DNA of 64,000 nucleotides. Origin: Isurus oxyrinchus. Its lineage: Eukaryota. The stretch covers positions 177,010,001 through 177,074,000 of the forward strand of contig JANJGN010000004.1 in assembly GCA_026770705.1 (NCBI GenBank). The letters are read 5' to 3'. Below are positions 26,250 through 38,644 of this stretch, one piece after another (the stretch's first letter is position 1; every line of letters begins with the position of its first letter). The notes beneath the pieces were generated by a model. The model made no database searches. It saw nothing but the letters and a program-made list of their open reading frames with translations, and had not been told where the DNA came from. The position numbers were made by a program, and so were the translations under genes.

Positions 26250-27510
26250 TTGGGCCAAGAATATGTAAACTTGATGTGGAGATATTCGCAGGCTGGAAAC
26301 AGAGGAAAGGTTTATCCCATCACTGAAAATGAAGGGACAGTTTCAAAACATCTACAAGTTTGGTTTACGCTTGGTACATTCCCAACCTTCGAGTCCCTCA
26401 AGCCAGTTCTGCCATTTAATTACAAAGCAGTGACATGAACAAAACCTCTCTTTCAATGCAGCAAGTAGTTTGGAGCTGACATGCATCAGCTGAGTGTGGT
26501 GGAGGCAGAGACAATTGTTGCATCCGAAAGGGAACTGGAGAAGCTCCTGAAGAGAAAAGAAATGCAGGGCTATGGGGAAATTGCGGGAGTTGTTCTTGCA
26601 GGGAGCCAGCACAGACACTATGGGCCGAAAGGTCTCCTTCTGTGCTGTAACCATTCTCTGACTGATCTGTACCTCAACTCTATTTCCCTGTCTGTTCCGC
26701 ATCCCTCGTTAGCCTTACCTAAAAAAAGTATACATCTTGAAAATTTTGCTTTAACCAGCATCCATAGCAATTTTGGGAGGAAGATTTCTATTACCCTTTG
26801 TGTGAAGTGGTGTGTAATTTTTTAGATTAGGTCCCCTTGTTCTGGATGTCCCCCACCAGAGGAAACAGTTTATTTACCTTTTGAATTCCTCATCATTTTA
26901 AGGACTTAGATTGAATCATCCCCCCATCTTCTAAACTCAGGGAGATACAAACAAATTTAATGCAGTTATTGCTGATAAGTTGAGCCTTAGTCTATCTGTG
27001 CTGAAACTGAACGCGTACTGCTTTGGGAGCGGACCCAAACACTGCACAACTTCCTCACCTTTCGTTCCACATTTGAGAACAATGAGAGTTTGGAGCAGGA
27101 GGAGGCCAAAGAGCTCAAGTTTGCTCCATCATTAACATCATGGCTGAAGTTCTACATCAACTCCACTTTCCTGCCATATCCTTTGATCCCCTTTAGTGTC
27201 CAAACATCTTTCCATCCCAGTCTTGAATATACCCATTGACTGAGCACCCATAGCCCTCAGAGATTAAGAATGCCGAAGATTCAAAACCCTCTGAAGAAAT
27301 TTCTGCTCATTTCAGTCTAAATGGCTGCCCCCTTATACTGAGACAATGACTGGTAGTTCTAGATTCTGCAGCCAGGGGAAACAGTGTCTCAGCATCTACC
27401 CTGTCAAAACCTCTAAGAATTTTATACAATTCAATAAGATTGCACCTCATTCTTCTAAACTCCAGAGAGTATTGGCCCACTTTAGTGATCTACACACAAT
27501 ACAGCCTTTT
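26250..27510. mobile_element. Cluster of CR1 3' fragments in both orientations
   Basis: CR1 3' motifs such as gtggtggaggcagagacaattg and ggagcaggaggaggcc. Confidence 0.65.
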
Positions 27511-28989
27511 GTTCCTTCTCTCCTTGGATCACTGTAACATTTATAGTGACCACACTCCCACAATGGTACCAGGGTAGGAAATTCCAAAATATTAACACAG
27601 CAACAATGAACAAATAAAATTTAATGTTCAAGTTAGAATAGTGTGCAATTTGACAAGGTATCAGGTCCAGTGGCAGAGGCAATCAAACAGGCTACTCTGT
27701 CCTGGAAGGAGTCACACTTTCCGATTGGAAAAACATTCAAACAAGTGGCAAGTATTTCATCACATTCTTAACTTGAATCCCGCAGCTGTTGGAAAGACAT
27801 TGAGGTGTCAGTAAACGAGCCACTTGTTACAGAATACCCAGACTCCATCCTGCTTCTGTTTCCACTCTGCTCCTATGGCTGGGTCAGTTAACACTACGGC
27901 TAAATGGTGACCCACAAGATGTCAGAGGACACAGTGAATCCTGACTGGGGAAAGTTGTTGAGCTTTTTTCTTGTTTGAAATAACCACGTCTAGTCAAAAG
28001 CACACCCATTCCACACCATGTGTGATTGCAATGAAAGCTGTTGTATACATGACACAGTGCTGTATTTCCACAAATTCAACAGGCAAACTTAGGTACCACT
28101 AGCTTAGCAAGGAATATGTGCTTAACCCTGCATTCCAGTATAAACTCCAATAACAGCATGAGCTTTAAACATAAGTTAGGTTATAGTTCTAAAAATCAAA
28201 ATAATTTTAAGCATAGGAAGTTGCAGATCAAACTGAAGTTTCTTTTGGTCTGTGGTCCCCATAATATCTCCAACAAGTTGCACATTAATTTTTTAAATAT
28301 TTTTTGGTGAATAAAGAACATCAAAAAAGCTAACAGTCGTTTGATAATACAGAACCTGAGTATTGCTGAAAAAAGACATGCTGTTGAAGCTTCACTAGGT
28401 GGTTAATAGGAAGCTTCCCCTGGTGCCCACTAGTGCCATGCATCCAAAGAAGAAAAGCTTTCCCCTAAATTCCTACCTTTCTACATCTGCTATTGACTCT
28501 CAATTCTCCTTCCATTTACTCCATTTTCATGGTAGAGAATAACATTACCAGTGCAAAAAAAATCATGGTATATATTCCTCAGGAAAACAGACCCAGGGCA
28601 AACCAGTACACAGCCAAAACCTTACACGCTTGTAAAACAACAGAGCCCTATATGGGTCACTATGTGGGCACCGTGTAGCCGGAGTGAAGGGAGGCTGAAA
28701 TGAAAGCATAATTGAAGAGAAGGGGCTTTTAAAAGCAGGGACAAAGACATGGCGTAGGGCACAATGATAGTGGTGACAGGATCAATGGCTAACAAGGGAG
28801 TGAAGACCAAGGAAACTGGTGACAGAGCAGCAGAGGGGCATAATTCTGGAGGGGATTTATGAAGGAGGAGAGTGATTTGAAAGTGAAGACCATGGAAAGC
28901 CAGAGCAGCTTCAAAATAACTGGGACGATGGGAAAGCAAATCTTTAGGTAGGTGCAAACACAAATGTTGATGATCTGGCAAAATTGCAG

Positions 28990-29662
28990 AATGGTTACAG
29001 TGCAAAAGGAGGCCATTCAGCCTGTCATGTCTGCAATGGCTCCTGGTAGGAGCAATTTACCTAGTGCCACTCCCTGTAACCCTGCACCTTCTTTCTTTTC
29101 AGAATACAATCCAATTCCCTTTTGAATCCTCGATTGAACTGACTCCAGCACTCTCAGGTTGTGCATTCCTGATCCTAACCACTCGCTGCATGGAATTCTT
29201 TTTCCTTGTGTTGCTATTGCTTCTTTTATCAATTACCTTAAATCTGTGCCCTCTTGTTCTCTATCCTTCCAACAATAGGAACAGTTTTTCCTTATCTACT
29301 CTGTCCAGACCTCTCATGATTGTGAATACCTCCAGCAAACATCTTCTCAATCTTAAAGCAATAAGATGTAGGAGCAGAAGTAAATCTACTCCGACACTCA
29401 ATAAGAGCATGGCTGATGTGCTAATCCTCAACTCCACTTTCCTGCCTTTTCCCCATAACCCTTGATTCCTTTACGGATTAAAAATCTGTCTATCTCAGCC
29501 TTGAATATACTTAACCCAGCCTCTGCAGTAAAGAATTCCGCAGATTCACTACTGCCAGAGAGAAGAAATTCCTTCTCATCTGCTTAAATGGGTGACCCCT
29601 GGCTCTGAGATTATGCTTTCTGGTCCTAGACTCTCCCACAAGGGGAAACAACCTCTCAGCAT
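28990..29662 (-). mobile_element. Two CR1 3' fragments
   Basis: ERLFPLVGESRTRKHNLR..RRNFFS..VVNLRNSL (29511-29714). Confidence 0.8.
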
Positions 29663-29760
29663 CTAAAACAAAAAATAAAAAATACCTGGAAAAACTCAGC
29701 AGGTCTGGCAGCATTGGCGGAGAAGAATACAGTTGACGTTTCGAGTCCTCATGAGGGTCT
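29663..29760 (-). mobile_element. Penelope terminal-repeat fragment
   Basis: Near-identical to 9963-10045 and 33373-33470. Confidence 0.85.
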
Positions 29761-31139
29761 ACAGTAGCTTTTAGTACTTGAGAGTAAATTCAAAATAGCT
29801 AACCATCAAAACAGTTTACTGATAACAACCCAAGCTTCTGAAATGAATGTAACCGGTTCTGCCATACTAACAAGCAAAGAGATATACAATTCACCATGTG
29901 CTAGCTTTACAAATGTCCAGTTTTCACATCTCCCAACTGGAAGCAATAACATCTCAAGAACCACACTGCAATCAAAGCAGCTTTAAAGCCCTCCAGTTAC
30001 ATCATTCATCCACAGCTACAGTTCAAACCTTTGTAAAACATTTCTCGGTAACGTGTTACAGACTAAGATGTGATAGAAGTGTGCTGCTTACTAAATTAGA
30101 ACACAAGGCAAGCTAAGCAGAATTTCCAGAAAATTCTATTTGTGTTTCAAATTTACACTTTTTCTGTTAAAAGCAGACAAAGAATGACAATTTAAAAAAA
30201 ACACTGCAAGAACACCCATCATGCACAATGTGCATGACTTAAGACTTATGAACATGTGGGAAATTTTTGGCCAATGCATTCACTTAAAAATTAACCATAC
30301 TGAAACACAATATTAAACTGAACGGTATCCCACCCCACCCCTACATTTGAGTTTTGATGAAGGCACGAAATGTGAAGATGCTGCCTGAACTGAGTATTTC
30401 CAGCATTTCTGTTTTTGTTTCGCATTCTCTACCATCGCAACTGCATTTGAATTTCATCCAACCACCACAGAAATCTCCAACATGGGTGATAACAGCAGCT
30501 GCTTCGTGTGTACGTGGACTACAGTAATTGGCAGTTACTACAACGGAAATGAAACCGCAGTTATCCTTTGAAGACGGACAACGACATGTTGCAAAAAAAA
30601 TAAAGTGCAGCTCCAGCATGTCAACACACAGCGCCGAGGTGGCGGCCTTTCCCCTCCCCATACAGGTGTTAAACAGCTACAGCAGGCGATTGTCCCTCCT
30701 GTTGTAAGAAGGTCAATGTTACCATATGGCAGACTGGAGAAAGAGATGTTAACTTCCAGCCCAGTTTACAAATCTCCGGCGCAAGCCTTTGTAATTTTTG
30801 GAACGCGCGGTCCGTTTCTGAACGTATACATTTTAGGCACATGCAAAAGTGGCTGTAAAAGCGCTATCTACGCATTCCTCACAACGGCGGCGAAGATCAG
30901 ACCATTGCAAGCATTCGGGTGATAAATTATTATTTTAAAAAAAAACAGAGGGAAAACATACGAACACCCAGAGAGGGAGAAACAGAAACACGCCCGAGTG
31001 AACTTATATTAGAAAAGCTGGGTAGGGCAATAAAAGGCTGTGGGATCCGTGTAAAACACCAGAGACCAGTGGAAACGTTGAGCAGGAGATAGAACAAAAA
31101 CAGGACGTGGGAAGGGAAAAGGGCACCTGGTATAGCAGG

Positions 31140-32102
31140 TATAGGGGGGGAAGGAGGGGGGGATATGTGGGGGGGGGAAGAGAGGGGGATATGAGGGGAG
31201 GGGAAGAGGGGGGATATGAGGGGAAGGGGGGATAGGGGGAAGGGGGGATAGGAGGGAAGGGGGAGAGGGGGGATAGGAGGGAAGGGGGAGAGGGNNNNNN
31301 NNNNNNNNNNNNNNNNNNNNNNNNNNNNNNNNNNNNNNNNNNNNNNNNNNNNNNNNNNNNNNNNNNNNNNNNNNNNNNNNNNNNNNNNNNNNNNNNNNNN
31401 NNNNNNNNNNNNNNNNNNNNNNNNNNNNNNNNNNNNNNNNNNNNNNNNNNNNNNNNNNNNNNNNNNNNNNNNNNNNNNNNNNAGGGGGGATAGGGGAGAG
31501 GGGGGATAGGGGGAGAGGGGGGATAGGGGGAGAGGGGGGATAGGGGGAGAGGGGGGATAGGGGGAGAGGGGGGATAGGGGGAGAGGGGGGATAGGAGGGA
31601 GGGGGNNNNNNNNNNNNNNNNNNNNNNNNNNNNNNNNNNNNNNNNNNNNNNNNNNNNNNNNNNNNNNNNNNNNNNNNNNNNNNNNNNNNNNNNNNNNNNN
31701 NNNNNNNNNNNNNNNNNNNNNNNNNNNNNNNNNNNNNNNNNNNNNNNNNNNNNNNNNNNNNNNNNNNNNNNNNNNNNNNNNNNNNNNNNNNNNNNNNNNN
31801 NNNNNNNNNNNNNNNNNNNNNNNNNNNNNNNNNNNNNNNNNNNNNNNNNNNNNNNNNNNNNNNNNNNNNNNNNNNNNNNNNNNNNNNNNNNNNNNNNNNN
31901 NNNNNNNNNNNNNNNNNNNNNNNNNNNNNNNNNNNNNNNNNNNNNNNNNNNNNNNNNNNNNNNNNNNNNNNNNNNNNNNNNNNNNNNNNNNNNNNNNNNN
32001 NNNNNNNNNNNNNNNNNNNNNNNNNNNNNNNNNNNNNNNNNNNNNNNNNNNNNNNNNNNNNNNNNNNNNNNNNNNNNNNNNNNNNNNNGGAGGGAGGGAG
32101 GG
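31140..32102 (+). repeat. Polypurine G-rich minisatellite (~17-bp GGGGGGATAGGGGGAGA) broken by assembly gaps
   Basis: Direct reading; N runs at 31295-31482, 31606-32088 and then 32103-32202. Confidence 0.9.
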
Positions 32103-32202
32103 NNNNNNNNNNNNNNNNNNNNNNNNNNNNNNNNNNNNNNNNNNNNNNNNNNNNNNNNNNNNNNNNNNNNNNNNNNNNNNNNNNNNNNNNNNNNNNNNNN
32201 NN

Positions 32203-34145
32203 ACACCAGGACTCCACTCTCCAACCCTGTCTGACCAACACCAGGACTCCCCTCCCCCACTCCCCAACCCTGTCTGACCAACACCAGGACTCCCCTCCCC
32301 CACTCCCCAACCCTGTCTGACCAACACCAGGACTCCACTCCCCAACCCTGTCTGACCAACACCAGGACTCCCCTGCCCCACTCCCCAACCCTGTCTGACC
32401 AACACCAGGACTCCCCTCCCCCCACTCCCCAATCCTGTCTGACCAACACCAGGACTCCCCTCCCCCACTCCCCAACCCAGTCTGACCAACACCAGGACTC
32501 CCCTCCCCCACTCCCCAACCCAGTCTGACCAACACCAGGACTCCCCTCCCCCACTCCCCAACCCTGTCTGACCAACACCAGGACTCCCCTCCCCCACTCC
32601 CCAACCCAGTCTGACCAACACCAGGACTCCACTCCCCAACCCTGTCTGACCAACACCAGGACTCCACTCCCCAACCCTGTCTGACCAACACCAGGACTCC
32701 ACTCCCCAACCCTGTCTGACCAACACCAGGACTCCCCTCCCCCCACTCCCCAATCCTGTCTGACCAACACCAGGACTCCCCTCCCCCACTCCCCAACCCA
32801 GTCTGACCAACACCAGGACTCCCCTCCCCCACTCCCCAACCCAGTCTGACCAACACCAGGACTCCCCTCCCCCACTCCCCAACCCTGTCTGACCAACACC
32901 AGGACTCCCCTCCCCCCACTCCCCAATCCTGTCTGACCAACACCAGGACTCCCCTCCCCCACTTCCCAACCCTGTCTGACCTACACCAGGACTCCCCTCC
33001 CCCCACTCCCCAACCCTGTCTGAACAACACCAGGACTCCCCTTCCCCCACACCAGGACTCCCCTCCCCCCACTCCCCAACCCTGTCCGACACCAACACCA
33101 GGACTCCCTTCCCCCACACCAGGACTCCACTCCCCAACCCTGTCTGAACATCACCAGGACTCCCCTCCCCCCCACTCCCCAACCCTGTCTGAACATCACC
33201 AGGACTCCCCTCCCCCCCACTCCCCAACCCTGTCTGAACATCACAAGGACTCCCCTCCCCCACTCCCCAACCCTGTCTGAACAACACCAGGACCCCACTC
33301 CCCAATCCTGACTGAACAACATCAGGATTCCCCTCCCCAACCCTGTCTGAACAACACCAGGTTTCCCACTCCCCAAAACAAAAACAGAATTACCTGGAAA
33401 AACTCAGCAGGTCTGGCAGCATCGGCGGAGAAGAAAAGAGTTGACGTTTCGAGTCCTCATGACCCTTCGACAGTCGAAGGGTCATGAGGACTCGAAACGT
33501 CAACTCTTTTCTTCTCCGCCGATGCTGCCAGACCTGCTGAGTTTTTCCAGGTAATTCTGTTTTTGTTTTGGATTTCCAGCATCCGCAGTTTTGTTTTGTC
33601 TTTATTCCCACTCCCCAACCCTGTCTGAACAACACCAGGACTCCCCTCCCCCCACTCCCCAATTCCTGTCTGAACAACACCAGGACTCCCCTTCCCCCAC
33701 TCCCCAACCCTGTCTGAACAACATCAGGATTCCCCTCCCCCTCTCCCCAACCCTGTCTGAACAACACCAGGACTCCCCTTCCCCCACTCCCCAATCCTGT
33801 CTGAACAACACCAGGACCCCACTCCCCAATCCTGTCTGAACAACATCAGGACTCCCCCTTCCCCCCACTCCCCAATCCTGTCTGAACAACACCAGGACTC
33901 CCCAACCCTGTCTGAACAACATCTGGACTCCCCTTCCCCCACTCCCCAACCCTTTCTGAACAACACCAGGACACTCCCCTCCCCCTTCACCCACTCTCCT
34001 CCCCCTAACCCTGTTGGAACAACACCAGGACAGTCCCCTCCCCCTTTCTTCCCACTCCCCCACCCTGTCTGAACATCACCAGGTCACTCTCCTCCCCTTT
34101 TTCTCAATCCCCTCCCCCTTTTCCCACTCCCCAACCCTGTCTGTA
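32203..34145 (+). repeat. C-rich minisatellite, 35-46 bp variable unit
   Basis: (cccctcccc)cactccccaaccctgtctgaccaacaccaggact repeated some 40 times, decaying rightwards; relics to ~36340. Confidence 0.97.
33373..33604. mobile_element. Palindromic Penelope terminal-repeat insertion in the minisatellite
   Basis: Perfect inverted repeat 33373-33571 centred on 33472; candidate TSD TTCCCACTCCCCAA (33363-33376, 33605-33618). Confidence 0.9.
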
Positions 34146-34334
34146 CATAACCAAATATTTTCCAGCCCTGTCTGAACAGGATGAGGAATGTGAGAACTCT
34201 GTCAGTACTGGACCAGGAACCCAGCACCCCTCTCCACACCATCCCCCCCACCCAGCCCCGCTCAGCGCTGCCTGAAAAGGATCAGGAAACCCCTAACCCT
34301 TTCTAGGATCATTCAACTGATTCCTCGAACAGGC

Positions 34335-34785
34335 GTTGTTATCTTACAAGAAAAGGTTGGACAAGTTGGGTCTGTACCAATTGGAGTTTAGCACATTGAG
34401 AGGTGATCCTATTGAAACATAAAACATCTCGAGGGAACTTGAGAGAGTGGATGCTGAGAGAGACTCTGGGAGCGGCTGGAACTAGGGGACACAGTTTAAA
34501 AATAAGGGGTCTCCCATTTAAGGTGGAGATGAAAAGAATCTTTCTCTCAGAGGGTTGCGAATCTTTGGAACTCTCTTTCCTGGAGACCAGTGGAGGCAGG
34601 GTCATTGAGTATTTTTAAGGCAGAGGTAGATAAATTCTTGACTAACAAGGGAGCCAAAGGTTATCGGGGTAGGCGGAAAATGGAGTTGAGGCAACAGTCA
34701 GATCAGCCATAATCTCATTGAATGGTGGAGCAGGCTCAATTGGCCTAATGACCTATTCGTGCTCCTAACTTGTGTTTTTTCTTAT
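34335..34785 (+). mobile_element. CR1 3' fragment
   Basis: GTRGHSLKIRGLPFKVEMKR motif plus 3' tail. Confidence 0.85.
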
Positions 34786-34897
34786 GTTTGTACACTAGCC
34801 CCTGTACCCCCCACCCCTCCAACCTTGCCTGAACTGGACTAGAAACCCCTCCCCTCCAATCCTGTCTGTGCAGGACCAGGACCCTCCCACCCACACG

Positions 34898-36033
34898 TGT
34901 CATGCCCAGTAACAGCATGTCATATTCATATCTTTAAACATAGACCGGATTCAGCATTGAATTTTCTAGAACTGCCTTTTCTTTTAAAAATGGATATTAA
35001 AAGGCTGTTAAGGTGCCTGCCAAGGGTCAGGTGACTTTTGCAATTTCTGCACAGACTCAGAAGTATCTCAAGTCTCTGGAAAGTTCCTATTTGAATGACC
35101 AGGGATGGAGATCCTCCCTTGAATGGACATACCAAGATGAAACCATTGGGGAATTCTCGCCTGCCATTGTTTGTGTACTTACTAAAAGTCAAAATCTATT
35201 GAGTCCGAGACTCACTTCATGCTTGAAATTTAACAGAGAACTGTAGAAAAAACAGTACAATCGTAAGTAGGTGTGAATGGCCATCACCAACTCCCCATTG
35301 TATAACAATGGCTTCTAACTTCAAATCATTCTGGGAGGACAAAAGAAGTATTGATCATGTGGTCACCTGATCAAAACTGTCTTCAGATAATTAATCTTTC
35401 TTACTCCAAGCAGCGTGGAGAAACCAGTCAGCCTGCAAACAATACAGCAAGAAACAGCAGCAACAGCAAAGGCAGCAACATCTGTGCCTTAAAACTGGAG
35501 ACTGCAATATTGTAAGGTCTCCAAGCCTGTTCCTTCCCAAGTCCATCAGTACAGAAAATCAACCTCCTAGTAATAAGACGACAAGCAACCAACTCCATGA
35601 CCTGCTGAAAATCCACCTGTTTGAGGGAACCCGGCAATGACTTTGATATACGACTTTGGTGATTTAATTCACCTAGCCACACTTTAAGAGTGGAAAAGAA
35701 CATCTTCTTTACCAGGCTTGCGCCGAGACAAGCCAATCGCATGACTTACAAATGATTTTTTTATTTGTAACTTGTAAAGTGCACTATATTTTCCTCGAGC
35801 GTCTGTGTGTGCGTGTGCATGTGCATGAGTACCGAGTAGGCAACATAGCATTAGATGTTCAGGGTGAACATGTAAATAAATAATACCCTATATTTAAACC
35901 CACAAAGAGCTTGCTGCTGATTATTCAAATTGACCATACACTCAGGGGTTAAGAAACACTCAGTTTCCTTTTCAAAAACAATCTAATTAGGGACAAAAAG
36001 GGAAGGGAACGGAGAGTTTAGTTGTCTGTTTAA
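34898..36033 (+). mobile_element. Putative solo LTR
   Basis: ~1.1-kb non-coding block starting TGTCATG that interrupts the minisatellite relics; AATAAA at ~35875; no clean CA end or TSD seen. Confidence 0.35.
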
Positions 36034-36337
36034 CCTGTCTGTACAGGATCAGGAGCTACCCCTCCCACCCAACCCTGTCTTTGCTGGACCAGGAACCCCG
36101 CCAGCCCTGTCTGTACCTCTTCAGGAACCCCCCAATACTGTCTTCAGGATCAGGAATGCCCCAACTCCATCTGAACAGGATCAGAAACAACCCAACCCTC
36201 TCTGCACTGATCAGGGATCAGCAACCAAAACCCCCCACCCCCACCGCCCCCCGCCACCACCTCAGAACCAGATACTGCCCAAAATCATGTCTGTACATCA
36301 CTAGGACCAGGAGCAACAACCTTCTCCATGCAGGACC

Positions 36338-37745
36338 AGAGAGTGTGAGCATAGAGTGGAGATTACAAAGCCCGAGTCCGATGAGGAACGAGTGCTAACT
36401 TGGGAATTTGGTGCACATGGGATATCTCTGATAAGTTTTTCTCAAGCTTTAATTTAGATTAACAGTCATACTCTGACTTAGAAGTTTAAAACTGTAAACT
36501 AGTCAAAAAACCTAGTTTAACAAAAAAATCTGGCTGGCAGTGGCAGTTATCTGTCCATCAATTGAAAGCGGTTGCCTGAATAGGTGTTAATTACTGTACC
36601 AGGAAGGTGATTTAGCATTTGCAACTTGGGTGTGAGTCACCAGCCCTCTATAAAAACAGACAAGTTATGTAATTGCACGGAATGGGAGCACAGAGTGGAA
36701 ATTACAAGGACTGAGTGTGACCACTGTGATTGACGGCAATCACATCTGCAGTGAGTGCCTGCAGCTTGAGGAACTTCACTAAGAGCTGATGAGCTGGAGT
36801 CCGAGCTTCCAACACTGCAATGCATCCTAGAAGGGGAAAGCTACATGAACACTTGGGTCCAGGAGGCAGTCACCCCTATTTAGGCCAGGTACTTCTGATT
36901 TAGTCAGTGGTCAGGGGCAGGTGGGTGTGACTATGACTGAGGAGGTATGGGGACTCAGAAGGTATCAATGGAGGAGCTACAGCCTCTGCAATTGTTCAAC
37001 AGGTTTGAAGCTCTTGCGTAAAAACAAAAAACTGCGGATGCTGGAAATCCAAAACAAAAACAGAATTACCTGGAAAAATTCAGCAGATCTGGAAGCATCG
37101 GCGGCGAAGAAAAGAGTTGACGTTTCGAGTCCTCATGACCCTTGGGTCAATAATGCAGAGTAACGATACGGGTAATGGTAAACAGAGTGCGACAGGAAGG
37201 GACAGAGTGTATATACATAAGTTTGCAGAAAATATGGTCAGGGTGGGGTGGTTGGTAGGTGATCCCTGATCAGTGCAGAGAGCGTTGGGGTGTTTCTGAT
37301 CCAGTTCAGATGGGGTTGGGGCATTCCTGAACCTGAAGACAGTATTGGGGGGTTCCTGATGAGGTACAGACAGGGCTGGTGAGGTTCCTGGTCCAGCAAA
37401 GACAGGGTTGGGCGGGAGGGGTAGCTCCTGATCCTGTACAGACAGGAAAAATGGTTTTAAATTAGCAGAGGCGAAGGAAGGGAGATTTGGAAATCCAAAG
37501 GTAAAAGTTGAGACAATAGAAAAGTATATCGGTGTCAGTAAAGACAAACTGAGTGGGACAGGAAGGGAAAGAGAGCTTAAAGGTAATAGTACATCAGGGA
37601 GTAAGGACCATGCAGAGAACAGTAGTAAAAAAATAAAATTGAACTCACTTCATCTGAATGCACAGAGCATCTGCAATAAGATAGACAAATGGGTGGTACA
37701 AATAGAGATGAATGGCTTTGATCTAGTCGCCAGTACAGAGTCATA
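36338..37745 (+). mobile_element. CR1 5' fragment (ORF1 Zn-finger remnant, APE start) with internal insertions
   Basis: cacatctgcagtgagtgc..gagctggagtccgagct as at 8990-9060; HLNAQSICNKID at ~37650. Confidence 0.75.
37020..37149 (-). mobile_element. Penelope terminal-repeat fragment
   Basis: Near-identical to the arms of the 33373-33604 element. Confidence 0.85.
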
Positions 37746-38644
37746 GAGTTGGATTTTCACCATCGAGGCAGGTAGCTTGGCACACCGGCCTTGCAAAAAT
37801 GTGCCCCAAGTGGCATGAATTTTGTTCTGGAGGGCGTTGTGGGGTGTGGGTGTGGGTGGTGTTGGCGGATGTGGGATAGACCTGGAAATGCTGATCCTGG
37901 ATACAGATCAGAGGCGGCCACAGAGCCAAGGCGGGCCTGTTAATAGGCAAAACTCTGTTCTCTGGGACTTTGTCCCAGTTGTTTTGCTGAATATTAGGCC
38001 CTCTAGTCACTCCCCTCACACCCCTCACCACACCAACCTACTCCTCATGCCAACCCATGCCCCCACCCATCCCCCAGCAACTCCTCTTATTCTCAATGTG
38101 AACCCATGCCCCTCAGCATCCTCAATGGCCCCTCATATCGTCCATGCCTAACCATGCCCCTCCACCCACTCCTAAGGTTCCTTCATATCCTCCATGCCAA
38201 CTCATGGCCCGCCATTCATCCCCATTGACTCATCACCAGGGAAATTGTGACTGCTCCCAGCCCTACACCCACCCACCCTTGGTTCAAGGAGGAACCCAGG
38301 CAAAGGTGAGTGATGGCGAGTGAACAAATGACCCCCACCCCCATCGCCTCCCACCACCCCCGGGAGCCCCCTTTGCTTGTTGTGCTCCCTGCATGGCAAG
38401 CCCCCAACCTGCCACTGGGTTAATACCCGTGGCGATGGGATGAAACGCTTAAGTATGCATAAATTGCCCACTCATGGGCCTCAATTGGCAGCAGGACAGG
38501 AAAGCTGCCCATGGGCCATCCCACCGCATACGTAATCGGTTTGAAGCCGGGAAGGTGGTGGGGCCCCTACCCGCCACCCTCATGCCCAGTTAAATGCCAC
38601 TCCAACACCAAACCCACCATGGGGGAGAGCATTAGGAGCACTAA

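Noticed and set aside
30341-30922. ORFs near the CpG-richer region as possible SPCS3 exon 1
   Set aside because: No frame gives MNTVLSRAN-like sequence; partly overlaps a Penelope-derived relic
30930-34063. Long ORFs of 650-790 aa (GVGQTGLGSG / ESWCWSDRVGEW repeats)
   Set aside because: All three frames are open because the minisatellite lacks stops, and they read through N gaps; no coding evidence
37745-38640. GC-rich block, possibly a Harbinger-type non-autonomous element or CpG island
   Set aside because: The left end resembles the MITE TIR but no matching right TIR or TSD could be read; CpG-poor
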